Assembly (NCBI GenBank): GCA_964518475.1
Contig: CAZFGR010000016.1
Location: forward strand, 1 to 33,908
Direction: 5' to 3'
From: an uncultured Nitrososphaerota archaeon
GTDB lineage: Archaea > Asgardarchaeota > Njordarchaeia > Njordarchaeales > Njordarchaeaceae
DNA: 33,908 nt
Position numbers and translations under genes: made by a program. Positions 7,894-16,428 of the stretch are shown one piece after another. Below the pieces are notes generated by a model, which was not told the origin of the DNA, searched no databases, and was given only the letters and a program-made list of their open reading frames with translations. The number at the start of each line of letters is the position of its first letter. Within the stretch, counting starts at the first letter, position 1.

Positions 7894-9840
7894 TTAGAGC
7901 AATCGGATAGTTTCCATATTATGCGGTGCTATTGCATCTACCTTAAATGTATTCCTACAAACTTCCGCGAATTTGCTACATTTTTTATCTTCGCCATGAA
8001 TAACTAATACTTTTTGAGGTATTGGTTTCATTGCTTGTACGAATTTTAACAGTTCTGGGAATGGTGAGTGCCCAGAAAATCCTCTAATTTGATGAACTTC
8101 CATCTTTAGTGTCATTTTTCTTATACTACCCCCGTCATAAAACATAAGTTCTCTCGCACCTCTCAAAATATTCCATCCCGGTGTTCCTGGTGCTTGATAT
8201 GAAACAAAAATTAAGGCGTTTCTTTCATCCTCTGCAAGGTATTTAAGAAATTCTAACACCGGTCCACCTTGTAACATTCCATTTGTTGCTAATATAATTG
8301 CCGGTCTCGAACTCTCGCTTATCTCTGCGATATCTGCGGGATCTTTTACTGTTACAAAAAACTCTGCCAAGAATGGATTCTCATTTTTTCGCAAAATTCT
8401 ATCTCTTAGTCTTCTCGATAAATATTCTGGATTTGCTGTATGAATAGCCACGGCCTCTTTAATCATACCACTTAAGTACACTGGCGTTTCTGGAAGTATT
8501 TTCTTCTTCACCATGTAATGATAAAGAATGAGCATAATCTCTTGAGCCCTACCAACCGCAAGCACTGGTATTAATACTTTACCTCTCCTCTCTATCACTC
8601 TCTTGATAATGTTAATAAGCTCACTCTCAGCAACTTCTCGTGGAGGGAACTTATCTCGTGGGCTTCCATAGGTTGCTTCAATAATAAGCGTTTCTACCCT
8701 CGGAAAGCTAGTCACTGCACGATCTAATAATCTAGTATCACTATACTTAATGTCTGAAGCGATAACGATATTATACAAGCCTTCCGCAACATGAATATGC
8801 ACGATTGAACTGCCTAATATATGTCCAGCATTATACAGTGTCAGTCGTATATCGGGAGTTATATCATTAACTTCTTCATAATTAAGCGTAATAGTATGAA
8901 TTAATTCTTTGTCAATATCATTATAGGAGTAGGGGGATAACCTCCCTTCTTTTCTAGCTAATTCGATGTAATCTCTTTGCAGAAGAGCCATTAAATACTT
9001 CGTTGGTTCTGTGCAATAAACGGGCCCCCTATATCCATATTTAAATAAATAAGGAACCATTCCTGAATGATCTAGATGAGCATGAGTGATTATTACGGCA
9101 TCTAATTCTTCTATGGAGAATTCGGGTATGTTAAAACGAGGAAATATTTCTCCCGGCTCTGAAGCCCCCACTCTAATACCTGCATCAACTAATATTGAAC
9201 TTTCCCTAGTCTGGATAAGAATGGCATTTCCGCCAACTTCCCTACCGCCTCCTAGTACTGTAACACGAACCCTATTGTTTTTTAGTATATAGGGTCTATG
9301 AATTCGCTCGCCAATTTCTTCTAAGAACGCTCGTCTTTGCGCAGATGTTATCTCCTCCAACTTCCTTGCGTATCTTACGATGTTAGAGTCCAATGGAGGA
9401 GCTCTAACGATTACGGGTGCCCACCTGGTTTCTAAAGTTATACGCTTGCGTGTGATGCCCTTAGGCCCGATAACTACACCCGGTTTTTCTGCTTCTATGT
9501 ATACTTGTCCAGTTACATCATCAAAGTGGATATTCTTTATTCTCGCACGATCTCCCGCTATTTCTAGTATTAGTTTTTCAGCCTCTTTCTTAGGAAGCCT
9601 CACAGAAGGGTCGGATCTTATTGAGATTCTTTTATGATAGGTTTTGGCAATTTCCCTTATCAAATCCTGTTTTAGCAAAAGTAATTGCGGATTTTTCGAG
9701 TAAATAACTATCTTAGGACCCTCGAATACTATTTTCGTAACCATGCTCTCCTCTGGCAATTTTTCAAGAATCTTCTTAAAAAGCTTCTCTTTCCAGCCTA
9801 ATATCGTTACATCATTCGCTCCTTTCGACAATATTAGCAC
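7894..9840 (-). CDS. fttA: beta-CASP ribonuclease aCPSF1 / transcription termination factor FttA
   Basis: N-terminal KH domains (KPGVVIGPKG), THAHLDHSG, AGHILGS, EATYG, GFSGH, HGE; 648 aa. Confidence 0.95.
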   Translation of the reverse strand: MLILSKGANDVTILGWKEKLFKKILEKLPEESMVTKIVFEGPKIVIYSKNPQLLLLKQDLIREIAKTYHKRISIRSDPSVRLPKKEAEKLILEIAGDRARIKNIHFDDVTGQVYIEAEKPGVVIGPKGITRKRITLETRWAPVIVRAPPLDSNIVRYARKLEEITSAQRRAFLEEIGERIHRPYILKNNRVRVTVLGGGREVGGNAILIQTRESSILVDAGIRVGASEPGEIFPRFNIPEFSIEELDAVIITHAHLDHSGMVPYLFKYGYRGPVYCTEPTKYLMALLQRDYIELARKEGRLSPYSYNDIDKELIHTITLNYEEVNDITPDIRLTLYNAGHILGSSIVHIHVAEGLYNIVIASDIKYSDTRLLDRAVTSFPRVETLIIEATYGSPRDKFPPREVAESELINIIKRVIERRGKVLIPVLAVGRAQEIMLILYHYMVKKKILPETPVYLSGMIKEAVAIHTANPEYLSRRLRDRILRKNENPFLAEFFVTVKDPADIAEISESSRPAIILATNGMLQGGPVLEFLKYLAEDERNALIFVSYQAPGTPGWNILRGARELMFYDGGSIRKMTLKMEVHQIRGFSGHSPFPELLKFVQAMKPIPQKVLVIHGEDKKCSKFAEVCRNTFKVDAIAPHNMETIRLL

Positions 9841-10056
9841 CTTTTTACTACTCTAGCAAATACCTCCCGTCTCTACCATTAAAAATGCGGCTAAGGGGAT
9901 CTCAAGTAGGGATTGTCCTCTTATCTGGGAACATAGATGTGATCAATAATCGTGGAGGACTACGTATTAGGAGCAAAAGCTTAGAATGCCACCCGTAGCG
10001 TTCTATCTTCATATTTGTATAACTTCTATGTGTGAATTTTAAGTAGGGATTGTAGA

Positions 10057-10184
10057 TGGTCGGGGCGGCGGGAGTCGAACCCGCGACCTCCCGGTTTCTG
10101 TATGAGCGCCCGCTGGATCCCCCGCGGCTCCTATGGAGCCGCTTCTACAGCCGGGCGCTCTCTCCGCAACTGAGCTACGCCCCG
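10057..10184 (-). tRNA. tRNA-Tyr(GTA) with 49-nt canonical intron (10096-10144), CCA encoded
   Basis: C1-G72 acceptor CGGGGCG/CGCCCCG-A-CCA, CT-GTA-G^A loop, intron ACAG pairs with C32-T35. Confidence 0.93.
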
Positions 10185-10672
10185 TTTTTGTGAGTTAAGG
10201 TTTTAGGCTTTATTTTCTGCTCGGATCGCTAATTTATGATTTTTTTCCCCATTCTTCATAGTATAATCTCCTTTTATCAGACTCTTTTTAAATTTTCTTT
10301 CTCACGCTGATACTCATAGTTTTATATTCTTACCATTTTGGAGATAATTATCACTTACAACTAATGCTTCCTCCACTTGTACATTCTCTAAGTACCGGAT
10401 CTATCTGATGGTCTTAACCACACTGTATTATTTGTCAGAAAGGCATCTCAGTTTTACCAACTATCAACCAGAAATAGTCCTCTAACTACTAATTACTGTA
10501 CTAAATTACCAAATTTATATTTATTATTATCTAACAACCTTAGGAGCAATGATCCTCATCGATTTCTATTTTTGCTGCCTTATATCTGACTCCGAAGAAA
10601 TATTGGTTAGAGAGACTATTCAGGTAATCTAATTAAGTTTTGTGCTTCGTGCTAAGGAAATTTTAGAATAAA

Positions 10673-11137
10673 GTGTTAGAGATGAGGAAGGTTTTCGAAA
10701 CGCTGAGAAAAATATTGCACGATAGAAGGGGTTCCCCAATAACTGAGGAAGCATTATTAATTGGCCTAGCAATAGTTATTTTTACAGGTATTTTAATGCT
10801 GGTATCTAGTATAAGAAAATTCATGGAAGATCAATATCAGAAATTTTCTGAACAATTTTCTCAAACAATTATGGCCTATGGCTTTAATGAAACAAACATC
10901 CCCGATCTTGGAACTTATTTAAAATCTTGGCCAGCTTTACTTGAAAAAATGCTGTCATGGCTTAAAATAATATTCAACTATTTGGTTTATGCTACGATGT
11001 TTATTGGCGGCATTATGATACTCTGGGGCGCTATTGAATGGGCTACTGGTTATAACGAATTAAGTGGAAAGAAAACTATCGTTCGAGGTATAGTCTTAGT
11101 CACATTAGCTCTAGCGCCCATACTTGTGAATTTATGA
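10673..11137 (+). CDS. Putative pilin: N-terminal Flp/type IV prepilin joined to a C-terminal VirB2/TrbC-like helical hairpin
   Basis: Class III signal DRRG|SPITEEALLIGLAIV with E at +5; C-terminal IGGIMILWGAIEWATG...GKKTIVRGIVLV two-helix pattern. Likely start is the ATG at 10682. Confidence 0.6.
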   Translation: MLEMRKVFETLRKILHDRRGSPITEEALLIGLAIVIFTGILMLVSSIRKFMEDQYQKFSEQFSQTIMAYGFNETNIPDLGTYLKSWPALLEKMLSWLKIIFNYLVYATMFIGGIMILWGAIEWATGYNELSGKKTIVRGIVLVTLALAPILVNL

Positions 11138-11787
11138 CAATATTTCAGGTTCTAGAAATGACTCCATCAAAACAAGTGCTATTATTTTTAATTCTCATAA
11201 CTATAATGAGTCTTATAACATATCTTCTGATGTTTAGATTGTATAAAATTGTTAAAAATGTAGAAATCAGTTTTCGAGTTCTTGATTCATTTCCTCTATA
11301 CCTTCTAGTAATATCTAATTTGAACTCTGAAACTTTTTCTCATACCCCACGCACTCTACTTAAGCAAATGAAGCTTACAAAGCCTATATATTTATGTTCT
11401 AGCTATACTGAGCTAATCAATTCATTTGAGGTTATTAAGAATTCTTTATCGCCCCAATTTCTGAATATGCTAATTTCAAGCCTCTCAAATTCATCCAACT
11501 TTTCAGATAAGATTGTTCAGATAACTAGCGAAATTGTTTACACAAGTATTCTACTGAAAAAAGAGATGTTAAGCTTTTTTAATGAAAGAGAAAGAATTGT
11601 CTTTTTCCTAGTAGTGTTTGCTCCACTCTCTCTTTTTTTAATAAGCGTTCTCATTAATTACAACTACCTACTATTTGGATTTCTATGCGAGTTACTTGGT
11701 ATCCTGTTTTGTCATTTCTCTTTCACATCTTTTTATTCTAGAATGCAATATGATATGATTAGAGGGTTGTTAATTGAGGAATATTAA
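11134..11787 (+). CDS. Membrane protein, diverged TadB/TadC (T2SS-F)-like
   Basis: ATGA overlap with the pilin gene; N-terminal TM, soluble helical domain (VLDSFPLYLLVIS...FLNMLISSLSNSSNFSDKI), two C-terminal TMs. Confidence 0.5.
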   Translation: MTIFQVLEMTPSKQVLLFLILITIMSLITYLLMFRLYKIVKNVEISFRVLDSFPLYLLVISNLNSETFSHTPRTLLKQMKLTKPIYLCSSYTELINSFEVIKNSLSPQFLNMLISSLSNSSNFSDKIVQITSEIVYTSILLKKEMLSFFNERERIVFFLVVFAPLSLFLISVLINYNYLLFGFLCELLGILFCHFSFTSFYSRMQYDMIRGLLIEEY

Positions 11788-12463
11788 TGGATGGAGGAGG
11801 AGTATTTCTATTTTCGAAAAAACTAGCGATTATTATTATCTCCATAAACTTCTGTCAGTAATTGCATGTTTAAAAGAAGGTAAACCCATTCTAAGATGCT
11901 TAGGCATTCATTTTAATGAAGGTTATCATCCACTATTATACAAGTCCGAAAACGCTTTTCTTTCACAAATTTTCATGCAACTCCAGAAGAAACTTCTTTC
12001 CAAAATTTTGTTGCAATCGTATCTCCTCTTAATCTTATTGTACAGAAGAACGCCAACCCGAGTTTTGCAAATACTAGAAAAAATGTTTGACCATATACTC
12101 ACAGATATAGCCATTAATTTTGAGATTCTGTCGTATGCGAAGTCGTTTCGGATAAAATTTTACATAGTTACTATCGTTCTTTTCACAATATCGAATATAG
12201 TCCTAAAAGTTTTTTCAATCTCAGAGAAAGAGTATTTTTTATACGTGCTTCAGAGAAATTCTCTACTTTTCATACTCTCGGTGACAAATTTACATCTTTT
12301 AGTAGGATTACTGTTAATACATATTCTAGGAATATCAATAAGCTACATTTACATAATCTACAATCCATTACTCCGAGCTAATAAGACCATCTTACTCAGA
12401 GATGTTCTCGTACTCATCTCCACTATCGTTATTATTAATACACTGATTTGGCTAATACTTTAA
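11774..12463 (+). CDS. Membrane protein, diverged TadB/TadC (T2SS-F)-like
   Basis: IACLKEGKPILRCL resembles the T2SS-F LxxGxsl..AL motif; VLQILEKMFDHI helix; three C-terminal TMs; start uncertain (TTG). Confidence 0.5.
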   Translation: MRNINGWRRSISIFEKTSDYYYLHKLLSVIACLKEGKPILRCLGIHFNEGYHPLLYKSENAFLSQIFMQLQKKLLSKILLQSYLLLILLYRRTPTRVLQILEKMFDHILTDIAINFEILSYAKSFRIKFYIVTIVLFTISNIVLKVFSISEKEYFLYVLQRNSLLFILSVTNLHLLVGLLLIHILGISISYIYIIYNPLLRANKTILLRDVLVLISTIVIINTLIWLIL

Positions 12464-12582
12464 GGAAAAAATCACAATAGCATATTAAGTATTATTGCTC
12501 CAAACGCCTACAAGTACTAATCGACAAGTTTTTAAAAAAGACGTAAGACTCCTAAGAATATAGAGTGGAGAATACCCCATAT

Positions 12583-12656
12583 GGGGCCGTAGTCTAGCCA
12601 GGTAGGATGCCGGCCTGGGGCGCCGGTGGTCGCGGGTTCGAATCCCGCCGGCCCCA
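12583..12656 (+). tRNA. tRNA-Pro(GGG), CCA not encoded
   Basis: GGGGCCG/CGGCCCC-A, CCGGC-CT-GGG-GC-GCCGG arm. Confidence 0.95.
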
Positions 12657-12660
12657 CTAT

Positions 12661-12754
12661 GCCCCGGTGGCCTAGGGGTAAGGGCGCCCCCCTGGTAAGC
12701 TACCTTACACCAGAAAGGGGGAGGTCGCGGGTTCGAGTCCCGCCCGGGGCTCCA
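12661..12754 (+). tRNA. tRNA-Thr(GGT) with 18-nt canonical intron (12698-12715), CCA encoded
   Basis: GCCCCGG/CCGGGGC-T-CCA, CCCCC-CT-GGT-A^A-GGGGG, intron CCAG pairs with CTGG. Confidence 0.93.
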
Positions 12755-12761
12755 AAACATT

Positions 12762-12876
12762 GCGGGGGTTCCCGAGCGGACAAAGGGGCCGGTTATATAG
12801 GCCAGGCAATAGAAAGGCTAGACTTAAGATCCGGTGGCGCAGGCCTTCGCGGGTTCGAATCCCGCCCCCCGCACCA
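12762..12876 (+). tRNA. tRNA-Leu(TAA) with 29-nt non-canonical intron at 30/31 (12793-12821), CCA encoded
   Basis: GCGGGGG/CCCCCGC-A-CCA, long variable arm. Removing 12793-12821 restores CCGGA-CT-TAA-GA-TCCGG; central helix GGCC/GGCT. Confidence 0.9.
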
Positions 12877-13009
12877 ATTCTCTTTTAAGGATCTTTCTTC
12901 TCAGAATACTAGTCTTATTTTAAATCTACAGGCGGGACTTAATTTATATACATGTGGATGTAAATCCGCTCAAAAAAATTCTCTGTAGAACTTTTAACGG
13001 TGAATCTTT

Positions 13010-14353
13010 GTGTCTCCTGAATTAGAGGGTTATAAGGGAAGAGCGTTCAACGTGCTGAAGCGTGCAAAAGCTCGTATATGGTCTAGGATAACATTGAAAC
13101 TAGAAGATAATGTAGAACTTAATGGTCTTCTGCTTCCAGCACCAGCAGACACTGAAAACTTCATTTATCTAAAATTAGAGAATGGCTATAACATCGCTTT
13201 TTCCGTCGATAAAATAAAGGAAATCTACGTGAAAGGCCATGAACTAGTCAAATACGAAATTCCTGAAAAAACGATACAGCCTAATCCCTCATTACCCAAC
13301 GTCATAGTGATTGGGGCTGGTGGCACTATAGCTTCTCGCATAGAGTACACAACAGGTGCGGTGAAGCCGGCTTTTTCGGTCTCGGAATTAGCTAATTCTA
13401 TTCCAGAAATCTTTGCACTTGCTAATATCACGCCAGTAATGCTTTTTAACATTTTTAGCGAAGATATGGAGCCTAAGCACTGGATAACCATGGCTAAGCG
13501 GGTTGTAAAAGAAATACGCGCGGGTTATGATGGCGTCGTAATAACTCATGGCACAGATACTATGCAGTATTCTGCAGCCGCTTTAACATTTATGATAAAT
13601 AATCTTTCCGTACCTGTAGTATTTACGGGGGCACAAAGAAGTAGTGATCGTCCAGCTTCAGATGCGGCTACAAATATGATAAATTCTGTTCTATTTGCTT
13701 CTAGAGGAAAGGCAGCTGAGGTTCTCGTTTGCATGCATGCTAATTTAGATGATAATTCTGCTCTAGTTCATCGAGGAGTACGTGTAAGAAAAATGCATAG
13801 TAGCCGAAGAGATGCGTTCAGAACCATTGGAGATGTGCCCGTAGCGCTCATTTTTAATGGGGAAATAAAATATCTTAGAGATGATTATCAGCCACGTGGA
13901 AAATATTCAAACGAAGATTCTTACGCTGATGCTGTTTTTGAAGAAAAAGTAGCCTTGGTTTACATATTTCCCGGGATGAATCCTGAGATTTTAGATCTCT
14001 TAATTGATAAAAAGTATCGGGGAATTGTATTAGTGGGAACTGGACTTGGTCATGTACCTCATAAGCTTCTCTCTACTATTCAAAGAGGTATTCAAGAAGA
14101 GACGCTATTCTTCATGACTACTCAATGCTTATGGGGGCCAGTGAATCTTAATGTCTATGAACGTGGTCGCATATTAAAGAAAATTGGAGTTGTACCAGCT
14201 GATGGTATGCTGCCCGAAGTCGCTTATGTAAAACTTGGTTGGTTACTGGGACATGATTTATCTAATGACGAAGTAATCAGGTTAATGCAAACAAACCTAA
14301 AAAATGAAATCGTCAAAAGAGAACCCGTTAATTCCTTCTTCAGAAATATATAA
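13010..14353 (+). CDS. gatD: Glu-tRNA(Gln) amidotransferase subunit D
   Basis: KLENGYNI N-domain, GGTIASRIEY.TGAV.P, HGTDTM, GAQRSSDRPASDA, RKMHSSRRDAF, MLPEVAYVKL. Confidence 0.96.
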   Translation: MSPELEGYKGRAFNVLKRAKARIWSRITLKLEDNVELNGLLLPAPADTENFIYLKLENGYNIAFSVDKIKEIYVKGHELVKYEIPEKTIQPNPSLPNVIVIGAGGTIASRIEYTTGAVKPAFSVSELANSIPEIFALANITPVMLFNIFSEDMEPKHWITMAKRVVKEIRAGYDGVVITHGTDTMQYSAAALTFMINNLSVPVVFTGAQRSSDRPASDAATNMINSVLFASRGKAAEVLVCMHANLDDNSALVHRGVRVRKMHSSRRDAFRTIGDVPVALIFNGEIKYLRDDYQPRGKYSNEDSYADAVFEEKVALVYIFPGMNPEILDLLIDKKYRGIVLVGTGLGHVPHKLLSTIQRGIQEETLFFMTTQCLWGPVNLNVYERGRILKKIGVVPADGMLPEVAYVKLGWLLGHDLSNDEVIRLMQTNLKNEIVKREPVNSFFRNI

Positions 14354-14391
14354 ACATCATTTCAGTTTATATTTTATTCACTAATCAGCTA

Positions 14392-15545
14392 TTAGCCCAA
14401 TTTGAGAATATCGATTAGTTTATTTACTAATTTTTCAAGTCCAATTCCACTTTTTGCTGAAAGTTCAACTATGTTTTCTCCAATTTTTTTCCCGACATTT
14501 TTTCATAAAGTTCTTCTACAATCATTTTCTTGGTTTCTATCTCAATTCTATCAGTTATTTTATCTATTTTATTAAGACCAACAATTACTGGTTTATTACC
14601 AGCTAGTGCTCCAGTATCTTTTAAAATTTTCAGAGATGTTTCAACTTTCATCCTAAAAAGCTCAGTTTTATCAGAAACATCTAGTAATAGCACAAGTGCA
14701 TCAGCAAAACGCATGTCATCAACGTTTATTTCAAAAGACTTTATAATACGGGGGTTTAAATCAACTACGAAGCCAATAGTATCCACGAGCAATATTCTTT
14801 CAGCTCCTTTTAACTTAGCATATTTACTTGAGAGAGTCGTAAAGGGCATATCACTGACTGGTTTATCTAGCCCCGTAAGTGCGTTGAATAAAGTTGTTTT
14901 TCCAGCATTATAATAACCAACAATACACACGATCTTAAAACCCCTCTCTTTTCGCTCATAAATTTGCCGCAATTTCTCCTCGCGGTAACGTTTAATTTCT
15001 TCCCTTAATCTACGCATCCTACGCCGTAACTCTGCTACCTTAGGTTTCCATCCATATTCTCCACCCGCTTTTATAAAGGGTCTATCACGCATATGCACCA
15101 TCGAAGTTATTAAGCGAACGTAGGGCAGTTCTTTCTGAATTTTCGCGAGTTCTATTTGTAATTTAGCCACAGCATCACTTGCATTCTTAGAGAAAATTTC
15201 TAGCGTCAAATCATATCTATCGATAACACGTCTCCCTACAAGCAGTTCTAGATTTACTTTTTGGATACTTTTAAGATCATTATAGACTATTAACGTGTCC
15301 GCATGAAGTGTTTCCATGATTTCACGAATTTCCGCTATTTTTCCCCTCCCAAATAAAGTAGCAGCCTTAGGCGCCTCTTTAACTTGCACAATTTCTTTTA
15401 GTACCTCATAACCAGCAGATTCTGCTAATCTCTTAAGTTCCTCTAATTTTAGGCGCCAGAATTTCTCGCCCGGCCTTCTTAACATCGCTACCACAGCACG
15501 TTGATTTTCCATACTAAATCCCCTTAACTGTAGAACAACATCCAT
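14392..15545 (-). CDS. hflX: GTPase HflX, frameshifted: 0-frame stop at 14469; C-terminal 30 aa including G5 lie in the -1 frame, ending at 14392
   Basis: EL..LAESAGY, G.GK..E, IDRYDLTLEIF, AKLQIELA, GYYNAGKTT, DTIGF, NKID; -1 frame gives IGENIVELSAKSGIGLEKL. Likely start 15512. Confidence 0.9.
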
Positions 15546-15770
15546 ATGATGATAAATTCCTTCTTTATCATATTTCCAAAGAGCTACTACAAATGTATCT
15601 TAGTCATTTAACACTGAGTTCTTCGAGTATTGTTACGAGTGCTAAGTAATGAAATTATAGATGCTACGTTTTCGTCAATTTTATCGCTACTTATTAAATT
15701 AAGTCTTTTAAGCGAGCTAATAACTATAACAGGAAAACTGTTTGATGTTTCAGTCTATGCGTAATGAGAT

Positions 15771-16424
15771 GTGGTATTTTTAGTTTTATACAGTATTTGT
15801 ATTATATCTTATATTTACCACAATTCATGTAAGTCAATCTATTACATCATTACCATGCAATGCATTATGGTACCCTTTATGTCTCCCACGAAAGAGATAA
15901 AATTCATAGTTGATGAGATGTTAGGGAATCTAGCAAGATGGCTTCGAATATTAGGGTTCGATACAGTATATGCTCAGGAAATTAGGAAAAAGGAGAACAT
16001 TAGGGAGAACAAAAGATTTGATACCTATATCATAAGAATAGCATTACTCGAAGATAGGATCTTAGTTACAAGAGACACTGAACTTTACACGCGTGCTAGA
16101 TATTATGGTGTTAAAGCGATTTTACTATACAGTAATATTTCTGACATAGTCTCCACTTTGTATACAATTCTTTCAAAAGTTAACGTGAAGCAACTACCAA
16201 TATATTCGAGTTCTCCGAGATGTCCAGTGTGTAATGGATTATTAAAACAAATAACCGAAGCAAAAATCAGATTGCTAGTTCCAGAAAACTCGTGGCAGTA
16301 TTCCACGGAATTTTATGTATGTAATAGTTGCGGAAAAGTCTATTGGAAGGGAAGCCATTGGAGAAGAATATCTAGTGTCCTAGCTAAGATTTCACAGCTT
16401 CTAAAGCAAGCAAATACCCACTAA
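15771..16424 (+). CDS. Mut7-C RNase (PIN + Zn ribbon, DUF82) domain protein
   Basis: FIVDEMLGNLARWLRILGFDT, RILVTRD, RCPVCNG.L, C..CGKVYWKGSHW. Likely start is the ATG at 15879. Confidence 0.92.
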   Translation: MVFLVLYSICIISYIYHNSCKSIYYIITMQCIMVPFMSPTKEIKFIVDEMLGNLARWLRILGFDTVYAQEIRKKENIRENKRFDTYIIRIALLEDRILVTRDTELYTRARYYGVKAILLYSNISDIVSTLYTILSKVNVKQLPIYSSSPRCPVCNGLLKQITEAKIRLLVPENSWQYSTEFYVCNSCGKVYWKGSHWRRISSVLAKISQLLKQANTH

Positions 16425-16428
16425 ATTT

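Noticed and set aside
10096-10102. ACA box at the end of the Tyr intron as an H/ACA signature
   Set aside because: ACAG is forced by BHB pairing with the CTGT anticodon loop, so it is not independent evidence
11787-11860. TAATG-coupled 24-aa ORF that might frameshift into the third pilus-locus gene at an A6 run
   Set aside because: The heptamer is not a proper in-phase slippery site, and an in-frame TTG start exists; unresolved but unsupported
10185-12582. Integrated mobile element between tRNAs
   Set aside because: Bounded by tRNA 5' ends, not 3' ends; no att duplication, integrase or transposase seen
12485-12988. 91-aa and 120-aa ORFs
   Set aside because: Read-through of the GC-rich Pro-Thr-Leu tRNA cluster
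15546-15616. C/D box sRNA (ATGATGA...CTGA)
   Set aside because: AT-rich, no D'/C' boxes or recognisable rRNA/tRNA guide; abuts the hflX start region
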